A DNA stretch of 59,727 bases from Oscillospiraceae bacterium (GTDB taxonomy: Bacteria > Bacillota_I > Bacilli_A > RFN20 > CAG-288): assembly GCA_963654365.1 (NCBI GenBank), contig CAVJZP010000004.1, forward strand, positions 1 to 59,727. The letters run 5' to 3'. Position 1 is the first letter of the stretch; each line of letters begins with the position of its first letter. This document shows, piece after piece, positions 1 through 8,195 of the stretch. Position numbers and translations under genes: made by a program. The notes beneath the pieces are model-generated. The model had not been told where the DNA came from. It searched no databases and saw only the letters and a list, made by a program, of their open reading frames with translations.

Positions 1-427
1 ATCCAGTGGGTATTCCTTTATTTTCCTTTTTGTTGTAGCCTCTAAGTCCTAATAATGAACCCGTCGCGATAATATCAAATCGACCGTCCAACATAAATGG
101 CTTGATTGCCGTTCTGGCATTTGCGCATTCCTGTATCTCATCAAATATAATCACCGTTTTGTTTGGAACAAACTTTTCCCCAGGCATATTTGCGGATAAA
201 TCTCTTACCAGATTATTCACAATCAAATCCTGATCAAAGATCTTCTTTAATGACGTCCGGTCCATGAAATTCAAATAAATAACATTTTGATAATTTTTCT
301 TGCAATAATCTAAGACAATGGTTGTTTTACCAACCTGCCTTAACCCTCTTATAATTAAAGCTCGTTTCTTTATGACTAACGATTTTTTCCACTGTTCAAT
401 TTGTTCTAATATTTTTCTTTTGTACAT
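1..427 (-). CDS. AAA+ ATPase of the DUF4143-associated type, N-terminal 142 codons only (gene runs off the left edge)
   Basis: Hand translation of the minus strand from ATG at 427-425: MYKRKILEQIEQWKKSLVIKKRALIIRGLRQVGKTTIVLDYCKK...KTVIIFDEIQECANARTAIKPFMLDGRFDIIATGS. Walker A-like GLRQVGKTT and Walker B-like IIFDEIQ. Open to position 1, so absent from the ORF track. Confidence 0.7.
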   Translation of the reverse strand, partial: MYKRKILEQIEQWKKSLVIKKRALIIRGLRQVGKTTIVLDYCKKNYQNVIYLNFMDRTSLKKIFDQDLIVNNLVRDLSANMPGEKFVPNKTVIIFDEIQECANARTAIKPFMLDGRFDIIATGSLLGLRGYNKKENKGIPTG

Positions 428-445
428 AATTGCAACACCAAAGTA

Positions 446-474
446 ATATTACACCTTTTTAGAGGGAGTTTCAA
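446..474 (-). promoter_or_regulatory. Sigma-70-type promoter candidate for the ATPase gene
   Basis: On the minus strand: TTGAAA (474-469), 17-nt spacer, TAATAT (451-446), ending 18 nt upstream of ATG 427. Confidence 0.4.
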
Positions 475-538
475 GACATTTTGCACCTTTTTCAAGCGAC
501 TTTCGTACTATATTCGCACCTTTTTCAAGGGACTTTCT
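451..538. repeat. Three ~23-bp direct repeats at 32-33 bp spacing
   Basis: acacctttttagagggagtttca (451-473), gcacctttttcaagcgactttcg (483-505), gcacctttttcaagggactttct (516-538). Confidence 0.7.
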
Positions 539-584
539 GTTTTATCAGTCAATTTTTCCCCTTCTGAACCCTTGAAAAACGAGC

Positions 585-623
585 CCAAACGAAAAGCCTG
601 ACCATATCTGACTAGCCAGGCTT
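585..623 (-). terminator. Rho-independent terminator candidate after lipoprotein paralog 1
   Basis: Stem AAGCCTG (594-600) / CAGGCTT (617-623). On the minus strand it is followed by TTTTCGTTT. It lies 18 nt past the stop at 641. Confidence 0.5.
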
Positions 624-640
624 ATGATTCTAAACTAACT

Positions 641-2047
641 TCAGTAGGTCGAATAGGTATGCTTGATCAGATAGACAACACCGAGCTGGACAGTGATTCC
701 GTCATCTGTCGTTGTTACGCCGTTGATAGTCACCGTCTCTTTGGCAAGTTCTCTTTCATCTTCGTCATCATGTTCCCAAAGGTATCTCACATAGGAAGAA
801 CTGGCCATCTGAACCGAGAGTCTCTTGCTCACACTTGTCGGAATGACATTGTTGTAATAAAGTGTTGTCTTCTCTGTAAGCTCATAGATGATAGCGTTCG
901 TTGTCGGAGCCTTGGTCTTCAGTTTGACATACAAATCTGTCATATCAGAACTGCACTTTTTCTCCGTATAGGCTGTCTTATAATCTTTCTCGAAGTACAT
1001 GCCGTCAATCTTATCATCCGAAGTATACGAATCGCTTGAAATGACTTCTCCGATATAGCAAGAGAGAGTAGTGTAGTAATAGTCTTCATAATAGACATCG
1101 ATAGAGAAAGGAGCACCATGAACCGAGGCCGTATAGGAGGAGGTATCGGTGAAGGACTGATAGAATGTCACATCGAATCCTTTTTTGAAGTTCACTTCCA
1201 TATTGTAAAGTTCAGATTTCGTCTTCCCGTTAGGATAATAATCGTACTCCGCAGCATGCAGCGCAATCTTTGTCAGCCATCCATCCTTCACTGTATAGGA
1301 ATATCCGCCTGTTGTCTTAGCAAAGTAATAATCATCATGATCATCCTCTACAATATCGAAGGAGAAAACAATTCCCTCGTCCGTTTCGGAAATATCTGTC
1401 GTAAGGCCTGTAGTGAAATCGGAGAAGAAATACTTCAAGGCAGAGGAAGAGGCAGCGAATGTATTCGCACCTTCTAGCACTTCGTTCAGTTCATCAAGGC
1501 CATAATATCCGATGATTCTGTCCTTATAGAAATAGTTGGCATAAGTCTTATCCGCTTCATAGACTATTCTATCCGTCCCATCATTGACATAGTAGCTGTA
1601 GTTACCATCACTCACACCGATATATTGGGTAGTGGAGCTTACTTCCACATCAGTATTGGTTGTCGGATCCGTAGCAGAAACGCTCTCCGTGGATAAAGCG
1701 AGTCCATTCGTTCTGTCGATAGTGCCTTTTGTCGTACTCTTCATCTTAGCTGTCGTTTCATCAAGACCAGTTTCAGAAACTGTATAAAGACATTCATAGG
1801 TGACATCCTGATCATATTCAAAGAAGGCATCAAATCCTTTCCTGAATTCCTTGTACAGCGCTTCTTTGTCTACCGGTGTTTCCTTATCGGTGTCTTTATC
1901 GGTATCCTTATCTGTCTTTGAAGTATCCGTTATCTTTCCACCGGTATCAGTATTCATTCCGCTATCCGAAACTTCCGTATCGCTCGTCTTATTGCATCCA
2001 AATAAAAGCAGGGAAAGCAAAGCAAGCGAAGCAATCTTTTTTCTCAT
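641..2047 (-). CDS. Lipoprotein, paralog 1 of 3, unknown function
   Basis: ORF track 641..2065. Start moved to ATG 2047 (AAAGGAG 7 nt upstream). MRKKIASLALLSLLLFGCN is a signal peptide plus lipobox, followed by a D/T/K-rich linker. Full-length homology to the two neighbouring ORFs. Confidence 0.8.
   Translation of the reverse strand: MRKKIASLALLSLLLFGCNKTSDTEVSDSGMNTDTGGKITDTSKTDKDTDKDTDKETPVDKEALYKEFRKGFDAFFEYDQDVTYECLYTVSETGLDETTAKMKSTTKGTIDRTNGLALSTESVSATDPTTNTDVEVSSTTQYIGVSDGNYSYYVNDGTDRIVYEADKTYANYFYKDRIIGYYGLDELNEVLEGANTFAASSSALKYFFSDFTTGLTTDISETDEGIVFSFDIVEDDHDDYYFAKTTGGYSYTVKDGWLTKIALHAAEYDYYPNGKTKSELYNMEVNFKKGFDVTFYQSFTDTSSYTASVHGAPFSIDVYYEDYYYTTLSCYIGEVISSDSYTSDDKIDGMYFEKDYKTAYTEKKCSSDMTDLYVKLKTKAPTTNAIIYELTEKTTLYYNNVIPTSVSKRLSVQMASSSYVRYLWEHDDEDERELAKETVTINGVTTTDDGITVQLGVVYLIKHTYSTY
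1883..1918. repeat. Imperfect 12-nt tandem repeat (x3) encoding the DKDTDKDTDKET linker
   Basis: cttatcggtgtc / tttatcggtatc / cttatctgtctt on the plus strand, inside lipoprotein paralog 1. Confidence 0.5.
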
Positions 2048-2074
2048 AATTTTTTCTCCTTTCACTATGAGTAT

Positions 2075-2144
2075 GGAGACTAGTTCTAGTTCCCCAGTAT
2101 TATTAAACGGATTTCAGTAGGCTTTTGCTAGTGCCAAATGGCAC
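2075..2144 (-). promoter_or_regulatory. Conserved dyad + promoter + 5' hairpin module, copy 1 (upstream of lipoprotein paralog 1)
   Basis: On the minus strand: dyad GTGCCATTTGGCAC (2144-2131) abuts TAGCAA (2130-2125), then 17 nt, then TTTAAT (2107-2102). Six nt later comes hairpin GGGGAACTAG..CTAGTCTCC (2095-2075). The same layout recurs at 5119-5189. Confidence 0.5.
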
Positions 2145-2164
2145 CCCCCTAAACACTATTTATA

Positions 2165-2198
2165 TAGAAAACGGGTCTGTGGAAAGTCCCACAGACCC
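2165..2198 (-). terminator. Rho-independent terminator after lipoprotein paralog 2
   Basis: Perfect 10-bp stem GGGTCTGTGG (2173-2182) / CCACAGACCC (2189-2198) with a 6-nt loop. GTTTTCT follows on the minus strand. Confidence 0.7.
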
Positions 2199-2206
2199 AG
2201 TTACGT

Positions 2207-3634
2207 CTAATAGAGCGAATAAGTAGAGTAGGTATGCTTGATCCTATTGACCGTGCCGAGTGTGAAATCGACCGTATCTTCTGTCGTCTCCACTCCGTTG
2301 ACATACATCTTCTCTAACATCAGTTTGCGGTTGTCCTCATCGTTACAGAACCAATCCAGATTCCAGCTGACCTCCGTCGTGGAACCATCCTTCACCTTGG
2401 AAGAGATGCTGACATCCATGCTTTTATCGACCACTGTCGGCAGGATGTTATTGTAGGAGACGACAGTGACCTCCCTGAACTGATAGACGATGGTCTTTGT
2501 CGAATCAACATCGGTTCTCAGTTTGACATAGAGCGCTTTGACATCCATTGTTGGCTTCTTTGAGTTATACGGAATGGTCAACTCCTTATCGTAATAGAGA
2601 CCATCAAAGGAAACGTTAGCCCAAGCATCCGCTTCTGTCATATCTTCACCGACATTGCAGTTCACATAACTGAAATAATAATCGTTGTAATAGACAGGAA
2701 TCGTGAAACTTAAGCCCCGATTCATATCCGTATAGGAGGAAAGATCCGTGATTGTCTTATAGAACGTCTCATCAAATCCTTTTCTGATGTTGACTTCGAG
2801 GGAAGTCAGATTCGTTTCTTCATATCCGTTTGGATAGTGTCTTAATCTAGAAATCCCCCTTTCAAACTTCGTGACAAATCCGTCCTTGACAGTAACAGAA
2901 TAGCTTTCCACCATTTTTATGTAACTCGGATTATCATAGATAGCAGTCACACCGCACTGTAAGGACAAAACGACACCATCCTCTGTCTTCTCAACATTAG
3001 AGGAAAATTCTGTCGCCTCATTTCCAGAGACATATCGCATCATATTGGTAAAAGAAGCAAAGGTAGGTGCTGTTTCAATGTAAGAAGCAAAATCAGTAGG
3101 CGTATAAGATGAAATGAAGCTCTTCTCATAATAATACTGAGCGCTAGCCTTGTCCGCCGTATAGAACCCATTACCGGTGGGATTGCTGAAATAGGCTCTG
3201 TATTCGTCACCTGAAGTTCCGATATACCTTCCGTGGCTCTCAGAGAGTGTCTCATTTTCTAGCGTGGAATCTAACGTATAGCAATCTTCCGTTTCATATA
3301 AATGACCATTTTTCTGATCAAAGGTACCTTTTATCGCATATCGGTATCCGCCCTTTTTCGACTCATTTTGATATATGGTCTTCTGATTTACATCATAAGT
3401 GACACTTTGATCATTTTTGTAGAAATTCACGATTCCAGCCTGAGCTTCCTTGAAGAGTGTATCTTTGACTTCTGTTTTTCCTTCGTAATCGGTATCAGAA
3501 GCAGAGGAAGTATCCGTAATCTTTCCACCGGTGTCATCGCTTTTTCCGCCATTGCTGACTTCTGTATCACTGGCCTTATTGCATCCGATCAAGAGCAAGG
3601 AAAGCAAGGCAATTGTAATGATTTTCTTTCTCAT
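2207..3634 (-). CDS. Lipoprotein, paralog 2 of 3, unknown function
   Basis: ORF track 2207..3652. Start moved to ATG 3634 (AAAGGAG upstream). MRKKIITIALLSLLLIGCN is the lipobox region. Only 61 nt separate it from paralog 3, with no terminator seen. Confidence 0.8.
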   Translation of the reverse strand: MRKKIITIALLSLLLIGCNKASDTEVSNGGKSDDTGGKITDTSSASDTDYEGKTEVKDTLFKEAQAGIVNFYKNDQSVTYDVNQKTIYQNESKKGGYRYAIKGTFDQKNGHLYETEDCYTLDSTLENETLSESHGRYIGTSGDEYRAYFSNPTGNGFYTADKASAQYYYEKSFISSYTPTDFASYIETAPTFASFTNMMRYVSGNEATEFSSNVEKTEDGVVLSLQCGVTAIYDNPSYIKMVESYSVTVKDGFVTKFERGISRLRHYPNGYEETNLTSLEVNIRKGFDETFYKTITDLSSYTDMNRGLSFTIPVYYNDYYFSYVNCNVGEDMTEADAWANVSFDGLYYDKELTIPYNSKKPTMDVKALYVKLRTDVDSTKTIVYQFREVTVVSYNNILPTVVDKSMDVSISSKVKDGSTTEVSWNLDWFCNDEDNRKLMLEKMYVNGVETTEDTVDFTLGTVNRIKHTYSTYSLY

Positions 3635-3695
3635 AAGTTTTCTCCTTTTCATTTCGTCCTTTTAATGAACCAATTCATTCCGTTACATTAAAGTC

Positions 3696-5090
3696 TTATC
3701 CACGAAGCGTGTAAGTGGAGAAGGTATGTTTGATGAAGTATACGTTTCCGAATGTGACATCGAGGGTTGTCTCTGTCGTCTCTACTCCGTTGACATACAT
3801 CTTCTCCAATGCTTTCTCCTGCTTCGTGCCGGAAAATTTCCAGGGAAGCCTAAATGTTGTTGATGTCGCCGTAAAAAGAGCCATATACTTATCAACTTCG
3901 GAAGGATAATCGATTCCATAATAGAGATAGGTTATCTCGTTCATCGTAAAGCAATAGGCATTATCTGTTCCTGCCGTCGCTTTCAACTTGCAGTACATCT
4001 TCCTCACATCCGAGGTATACTTCTTTGATGTTGAAGGAATCGTGCATTCCTTGTCGTAATAAAGGCCATCGATACGAGTGTCACCAACTTGGATATCACC
4101 GCCACAGAGTCCATAGACATTCAGAACATAATAATCGCCATAATAGACGTCAACCGGAATGGGCACATTATCTGAAGGCTCTGGATAGGAAGCAATATCC
4201 GTAATGCTTTGATAGAAGGTCTCATCAAAGGTGTTCTTGAAAGCAATATCCAATGTAGTAGACTCACTTTCCTTTACGCCACTAGGAGTCACACTGAATT
4301 CCGTCATCGAATAATGATAACCAGTAAGAAATCCGTTCTTTACCGTCAAAGAATATTCTTTGCTTTCTTCGTAATAGTAATCACATTCATAATAGAACAG
4401 ATTGCCGCTACAGGAAAAGACAACGCCCTCATCCGTCTTTGCAATGTCATATTTGTAATCCGTGGCATTAGCCAAGTCAGGATCAGCATATTTGATGATT
4501 GCGCCAAGCGTATCGAAATTTTTGGAGTTTACCGTATACTCACACATATCTTCGATATCGTAGTCCTCAAAGACTCTGCTTTCCATATAGTACTTTGCGA
4601 CATGCCTATCCGCAATAGAGCTTTTCCTCGTTTTCTCTCCCTCGTCTACTGATTGTCCGCTAAGGAAGCGGTATTCATCGGAAATAAGGCCACAGTACCA
4701 CTCGCTTCCGTATCTATCCTCTGTCTTTGCCACCAAGTCTTTATCAACAGAATTATACTTTTCGAAGAAAAATCCATCGCTAGCTTTGTAAGTGCCTTTC
4801 GCGGTTACGGTTTGTTCTGTTCTGTCTTCGGAATCCTCACCTGTCCCTTTTTCCGTGTATTCATAGGTCATGTCAGAATCACTCTGATAGAAGGCTGTAA
4901 CACCTGCTTTGAATTCCGTAAATAAAGCGTTAGTATCCGCAGTCTGTCCTTTTTTCTCTTCTTCTGCTCTCGTATTGTTTCCGACTGCATTTCCGTTTGT
5001 GCCATCTGCATTCATGACTGGATCTGTCACCTCATTGCATCCAATCAAAAGAAGCGAAAGCAAAGTAAGCGAAATGATTCTTTTTCTCAT
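3696..5090 (-). CDS. Lipoprotein, paralog 3 of 3, unknown function
   Basis: ORF track 3696..5108. Start moved to ATG 5090 (AAAGGAG upstream). MRKRIISLTLLSLLLIGCN is the lipobox region. Confidence 0.8.
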   Translation of the reverse strand: MRKRIISLTLLSLLLIGCNEVTDPVMNADGTNGNAVGNNTRAEEEKKGQTADTNALFTEFKAGVTAFYQSDSDMTYEYTEKGTGEDSEDRTEQTVTAKGTYKASDGFFFEKYNSVDKDLVAKTEDRYGSEWYCGLISDEYRFLSGQSVDEGEKTRKSSIADRHVAKYYMESRVFEDYDIEDMCEYTVNSKNFDTLGAIIKYADPDLANATDYKYDIAKTDEGVVFSCSGNLFYYECDYYYEESKEYSLTVKNGFLTGYHYSMTEFSVTPSGVKESESTTLDIAFKNTFDETFYQSITDIASYPEPSDNVPIPVDVYYGDYYVLNVYGLCGGDIQVGDTRIDGLYYDKECTIPSTSKKYTSDVRKMYCKLKATAGTDNAYCFTMNEITYLYYGIDYPSEVDKYMALFTATSTTFRLPWKFSGTKQEKALEKMYVNGVETTETTLDVTFGNVYFIKHTFSTYTLRG

Positions 5091-5118
5091 AAGCAATTCT
5101 CCTTTCACTATGAGTTTC

Positions 5119-5189
5119 AGAGACTAAAAAATAGTTCCCCAATATGATTATCTCAATTTCTTGTAGCCCTTGCTAGTGTCAAATGGCAC
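5119..5189 (-). promoter_or_regulatory. Conserved dyad + promoter + 5' hairpin module, copy 2 (upstream of lipoprotein paralog 3)
   Basis: On the minus strand: dyad GTGCCATTTGACAC (5189-5176), TAGCAA (5175-5170), 17 nt, GATAAT (5152-5147), 6 nt, then hairpin GGGGAACTA-TTTTT-TAGTCTCT (5140-5119). Confidence 0.5.
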
Positions 5190-5307
5190 CCCCATGCACG
5201 AAATCTATACATTTGATGATGTTTTCCATTATATTTCTTCCTTTCCTTTGAAAAGGATTAAGTTTTCCCACTTATCGGATATAATAGAGAAAAAGAGAGG
5301 AGAAGCT

Positions 5308-6963
5308 ATGACTGTCCACCCTGCAGCACAGAAGATCAATCTGCACTACGTCGTGTTTGTTCTTTTGTTTGCTGTGGCTGGATTATGTCAGTTTCTTGAG
5401 CCAAGGGTAGACTATGCACTTTCTGTCTTTGTCTTCCTTTTAGCCAATACGATATTCCTCTTGCTGATTCTTCTCTGGATCTATTCCATCAAGATGAGAA
5501 TCGTAAAGAAGTCGACAAGAAGGCTTCTCATCACCATCGGATTCTTCCTCTTCTTTTGGTTAGTTATCCGCTTTGTCAAATACAAGATGTTCCGCGTCGA
5601 TGAGACTATCACCCGATACTTATGGTATTCCTATTATTTTCCGCAGTGCATCGTTCCGCCCCTTGCTCTCATCGTCGGACTGGATCTGAACCGGAAGGAA
5701 AGAGTGAAGATTTCCTGGAAATATTTTCTTCTTTTGATTCCCGCTTTGATCCTGATTCTCCTTGTCATGACAAACGACCTTCACCAATGGGCCTTTGTCT
5801 TTGAACAGGGAATCGAATCCTTCCATTTATCCTACAAACACAATGTCGTCTACTATCTTGTCTGCGCCTGGATGATCGGCTGCATTGCCGCTTTTCTCTT
5901 TGTCCTTGTCTTCCAATGCAAAAACTCCCATTCCTTTTCAAAATTCTGGATTCCGTTTGTTGCCTTTGTCCTCTGTACAATCCTAGTCTTCTTAGGATTC
6001 TACTTCGATATCGATGCCTATAAAGGGCCAGAGCTGATGTCCTTCTCTTTCCTTCTCATCTTTGAATGCATGACCTATATCCATCTCATCCCTTCCAATA
6101 ACGGGTACGCGGATTTTTTTGCCATCTCGGCTACTTCCACCTTCATGACTGATGAGAGATTCAACATCATATATAAATCACAGCATATGCCAAATCTCGA
6201 TAAGGAGACACTGAGAAAAGCAAAACAATCCCCATACCTCTATGATCAGGATCATAGACTGAACTGCAGAAAGATATCCGGAGGATATATCTTCTACATC
6301 GAAGATATCCATGAGATCAACCAGATCAACTCCGAACTATTGGAAGCGAATGAACGGCTTCAGGAAGAGGTCGATCTCTCTAAGGCCGAGAACGAGCTGA
6401 CAAAGAAGAGAATCCAATTGGAAGAGCAGCATCGCCTTTATGATTCCATGACGGATTTCACGAGAGATGACTTAGAAAAAATCAACGCTCTGCTTTCGAG
6501 GATGGAAGAGACGGAAGAGGAAGATCACTTCACAAAAATCGCCCTGATCGGTTCCTTTGTCAAACGAAAATGCAATCTCCTTATGATCATTGAAAAAGGG
6601 GAGAAAAATCTGAACGAGGAACTCATTCTCTCTATCAGGGAGAACCTCGATTACCTGAAATTATCCAATACAGAGACAAGTTTTCTCACCGCTGGTGAGA
6701 CAGAGATTTCCTCTTCCCAGCTTCTGTTCCTCTATTCGATCATCGAAGTCTGCATACTGAAACTCGATGAGAATTCCAAGTCTCTCTTTTTGAAACTGAA
6801 CTTGGAAGAGGATATCACGCTTTCCCTGTCCAGCGAGAGACTGAATCTATCCTATGAGGACTTCTCTCTTGCTTTGATAGAGAAGATGGGATTTGCACTC
6901 ACCTTATCCTCGAATGAGGATGAGGAGTGTTTTCTTCTTACCAACAGGAGGAAAGAAAGATGA
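5308..6963 (+). CDS. Multi-pass membrane sensor-like protein with coiled coil and degenerate kinase-like C-terminus (pseudo-histidine-kinase candidate)
   Basis: ORF track 5170..6963. Start moved to ATG 5308 (GAGAGGAG 5 nt upstream), because the upstream part overlaps the lipoprotein promoter module. About 8 hydrophobic segments, a coiled coil (LLEANERLQEEVDLSKAENELTKKRIQLEEQ), and a C-terminal ~150 aa with no recognisable N or G boxes. Confidence 0.55.
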   Translation: MTVHPAAQKINLHYVVFVLLFAVAGLCQFLEPRVDYALSVFVFLLANTIFLLLILLWIYSIKMRIVKKSTRRLLITIGFFLFFWLVIRFVKYKMFRVDETITRYLWYSYYFPQCIVPPLALIVGLDLNRKERVKISWKYFLLLIPALILILLVMTNDLHQWAFVFEQGIESFHLSYKHNVVYYLVCAWMIGCIAAFLFVLVFQCKNSHSFSKFWIPFVAFVLCTILVFLGFYFDIDAYKGPELMSFSFLLIFECMTYIHLIPSNNGYADFFAISATSTFMTDERFNIIYKSQHMPNLDKETLRKAKQSPYLYDQDHRLNCRKISGGYIFYIEDIHEINQINSELLEANERLQEEVDLSKAENELTKKRIQLEEQHRLYDSMTDFTRDDLEKINALLSRMEETEEEDHFTKIALIGSFVKRKCNLLMIIEKGEKNLNEELILSIRENLDYLKLSNTETSFLTAGETEISSSQLLFLYSIIEVCILKLDENSKSLFLKLNLEEDITLSLSSERLNLSYEDFSLALIEKMGFALTLSSNEDEECFLLTNRRKER

Positions 6964-8195
6964 ACTACTACGATATTCCACGTTTATTCCAGATGATTAT
7001 CCTATTTTTCTTCTTTGTTGCTCTATTGATCTCTGTCTTATGCACCATTATCTCTATCCGTCTTAGGATTCGATGGTACTATACCCTTTTATCCGCACTT
7101 TTGGTCGTATCCTCCTTTGTCTTCATGATGGTGATCATGTGGAAGATAGACTACCTGAATCTCATCTTCCTTATCGTGATGCTGATACTGTCTTTATTCC
7201 TATCTATCTCCAATCAGACGATACTCATCATCTATCAGAGGCATCATCTTACGGCACAGTCCTTCCAGGAAGCGTTCGATATGGTATCTACTGGAATCTG
7301 CTTCTATGACAAAGACGGCATCGTAAGACTCGTCAACAAGGAGATGTATTCCTTAGCCTCTCTAAGCGGCGAGGATTCCTCCTTGGACGGAAAGCAGTTC
7401 TTCGATGATATCAAAACAAGAGGCTTACCCTCTAATACGAAAGATGAAAACCACATCATCGTCAAATATCCAGACAGAGTCATTCTCTATCAGAATTATG
7501 CCCATACCTTAAACAGGAATCTCTTCTATGAGATCTCCGCCAATGACATCACGGAGAATTATCACCTAAAAGGCACTCTGGAAGAGAAAAACAAAGAGCT
7601 TACCAAAATGAATCAAAGACTTCTCGAATATGGAGACAAGATCAACGAAACCATCCACGATGAGGAAGTATTAGAAGCGAAGATCAAGATTCATGACCAG
7701 ATGGGAAAACTATTGTTGATGACAAAAAGAAGGATTTCCTCTTCTATGGAGAAAAAGGAAAAAGAAGAACTCATCTCTATCTGGCATAATGAGATCAACG
7801 CTTTCTCCACTATCAAGGAAGAGCCGAAGAAGAGTGAACTGGAAGTCTTCACTTCTGCCTGTCAATTAGTCGATGTGACATTGAAGTACGAAGGAACCAT
7901 CCTTCCCAAAGGATATCATTGTGAAAAGCTTCTCATCCAAGCGATGCACGAATGTCTCACCAATCTTGTCAAACATGCCAACGGGAAAACAATGTTTGTC
8001 AAAGTGGAGGACAACAGGTATGATTATCATATTGAAATCACCAATGACGGAAAAAAACCAGAAAAAGAGATCAAAGAAGGAGGAGGCTTATCCTCCCTCC
8101 GCCAAATCATAGAAAAGGAAGGCGGAACGATGATGGTGATAAGCAAACCACAATTCCGCTTAGAACTATGGCTGCTAAAAGGAGAGGAAAGATGA
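6960..8195 (+). CDS. Sensor histidine kinase (3 TM, PAS-like, HisKA_3-type DHp, HATPase_c)
   Basis: Start set at ATG 6960, an ATGA overlap with the upstream stop and with AGGAGGAAAG upstream. KIHDQMGKLL is the H-box type of NarX/DesK-like kinases. HECLTNLVKHANG is the N-box. ITNDGKK and GGGLSSL are G-boxes. Confidence 0.8.
   Translation: MNYYDIPRLFQMIILFFFFVALLISVLCTIISIRLRIRWYYTLLSALLVVSSFVFMMVIMWKIDYLNLIFLIVMLILSLFLSISNQTILIIYQRHHLTAQSFQEAFDMVSTGICFYDKDGIVRLVNKEMYSLASLSGEDSSLDGKQFFDDIKTRGLPSNTKDENHIIVKYPDRVILYQNYAHTLNRNLFYEISANDITENYHLKGTLEEKNKELTKMNQRLLEYGDKINETIHDEEVLEAKIKIHDQMGKLLLMTKRRISSSMEKKEKEELISIWHNEINAFSTIKEEPKKSELEVFTSACQLVDVTLKYEGTILPKGYHCEKLLIQAMHECLTNLVKHANGKTMFVKVEDNRYDYHIEITNDGKKPEKEIKEGGGLSSLRQIIEKEGGTMMVISKPQFRLELWLLKGEER

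Noticed and set aside
451-538. Possible mini-CRISPR array.
   Set aside because: There are only three imperfect ~23-bp repeats with ~9-10-nt gaps, which is far too short for spacers. No cas genes are present. The repeats coincide with a promoter.
2131-2144. Possible sigma-54 promoter, because the dyad contains TGGCAC.
   Set aside because: In neither orientation is TGGCAC followed by TTGC at the required N5 spacing (-24/-12 geometry), and no enhancer-binding-protein gene is nearby. I interpret it as a dyad operator instead.
5170-5307. TTG-initiated N-terminal extension of the membrane sensor ORF (MLVSNGTPMHEIY...).
   Set aside because: It overlaps the conserved lipoprotein promoter/dyad module and has no SD. 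The ATG at 5308 has GAGAGGAG at ideal spacing and immediately precedes the first TM segment.
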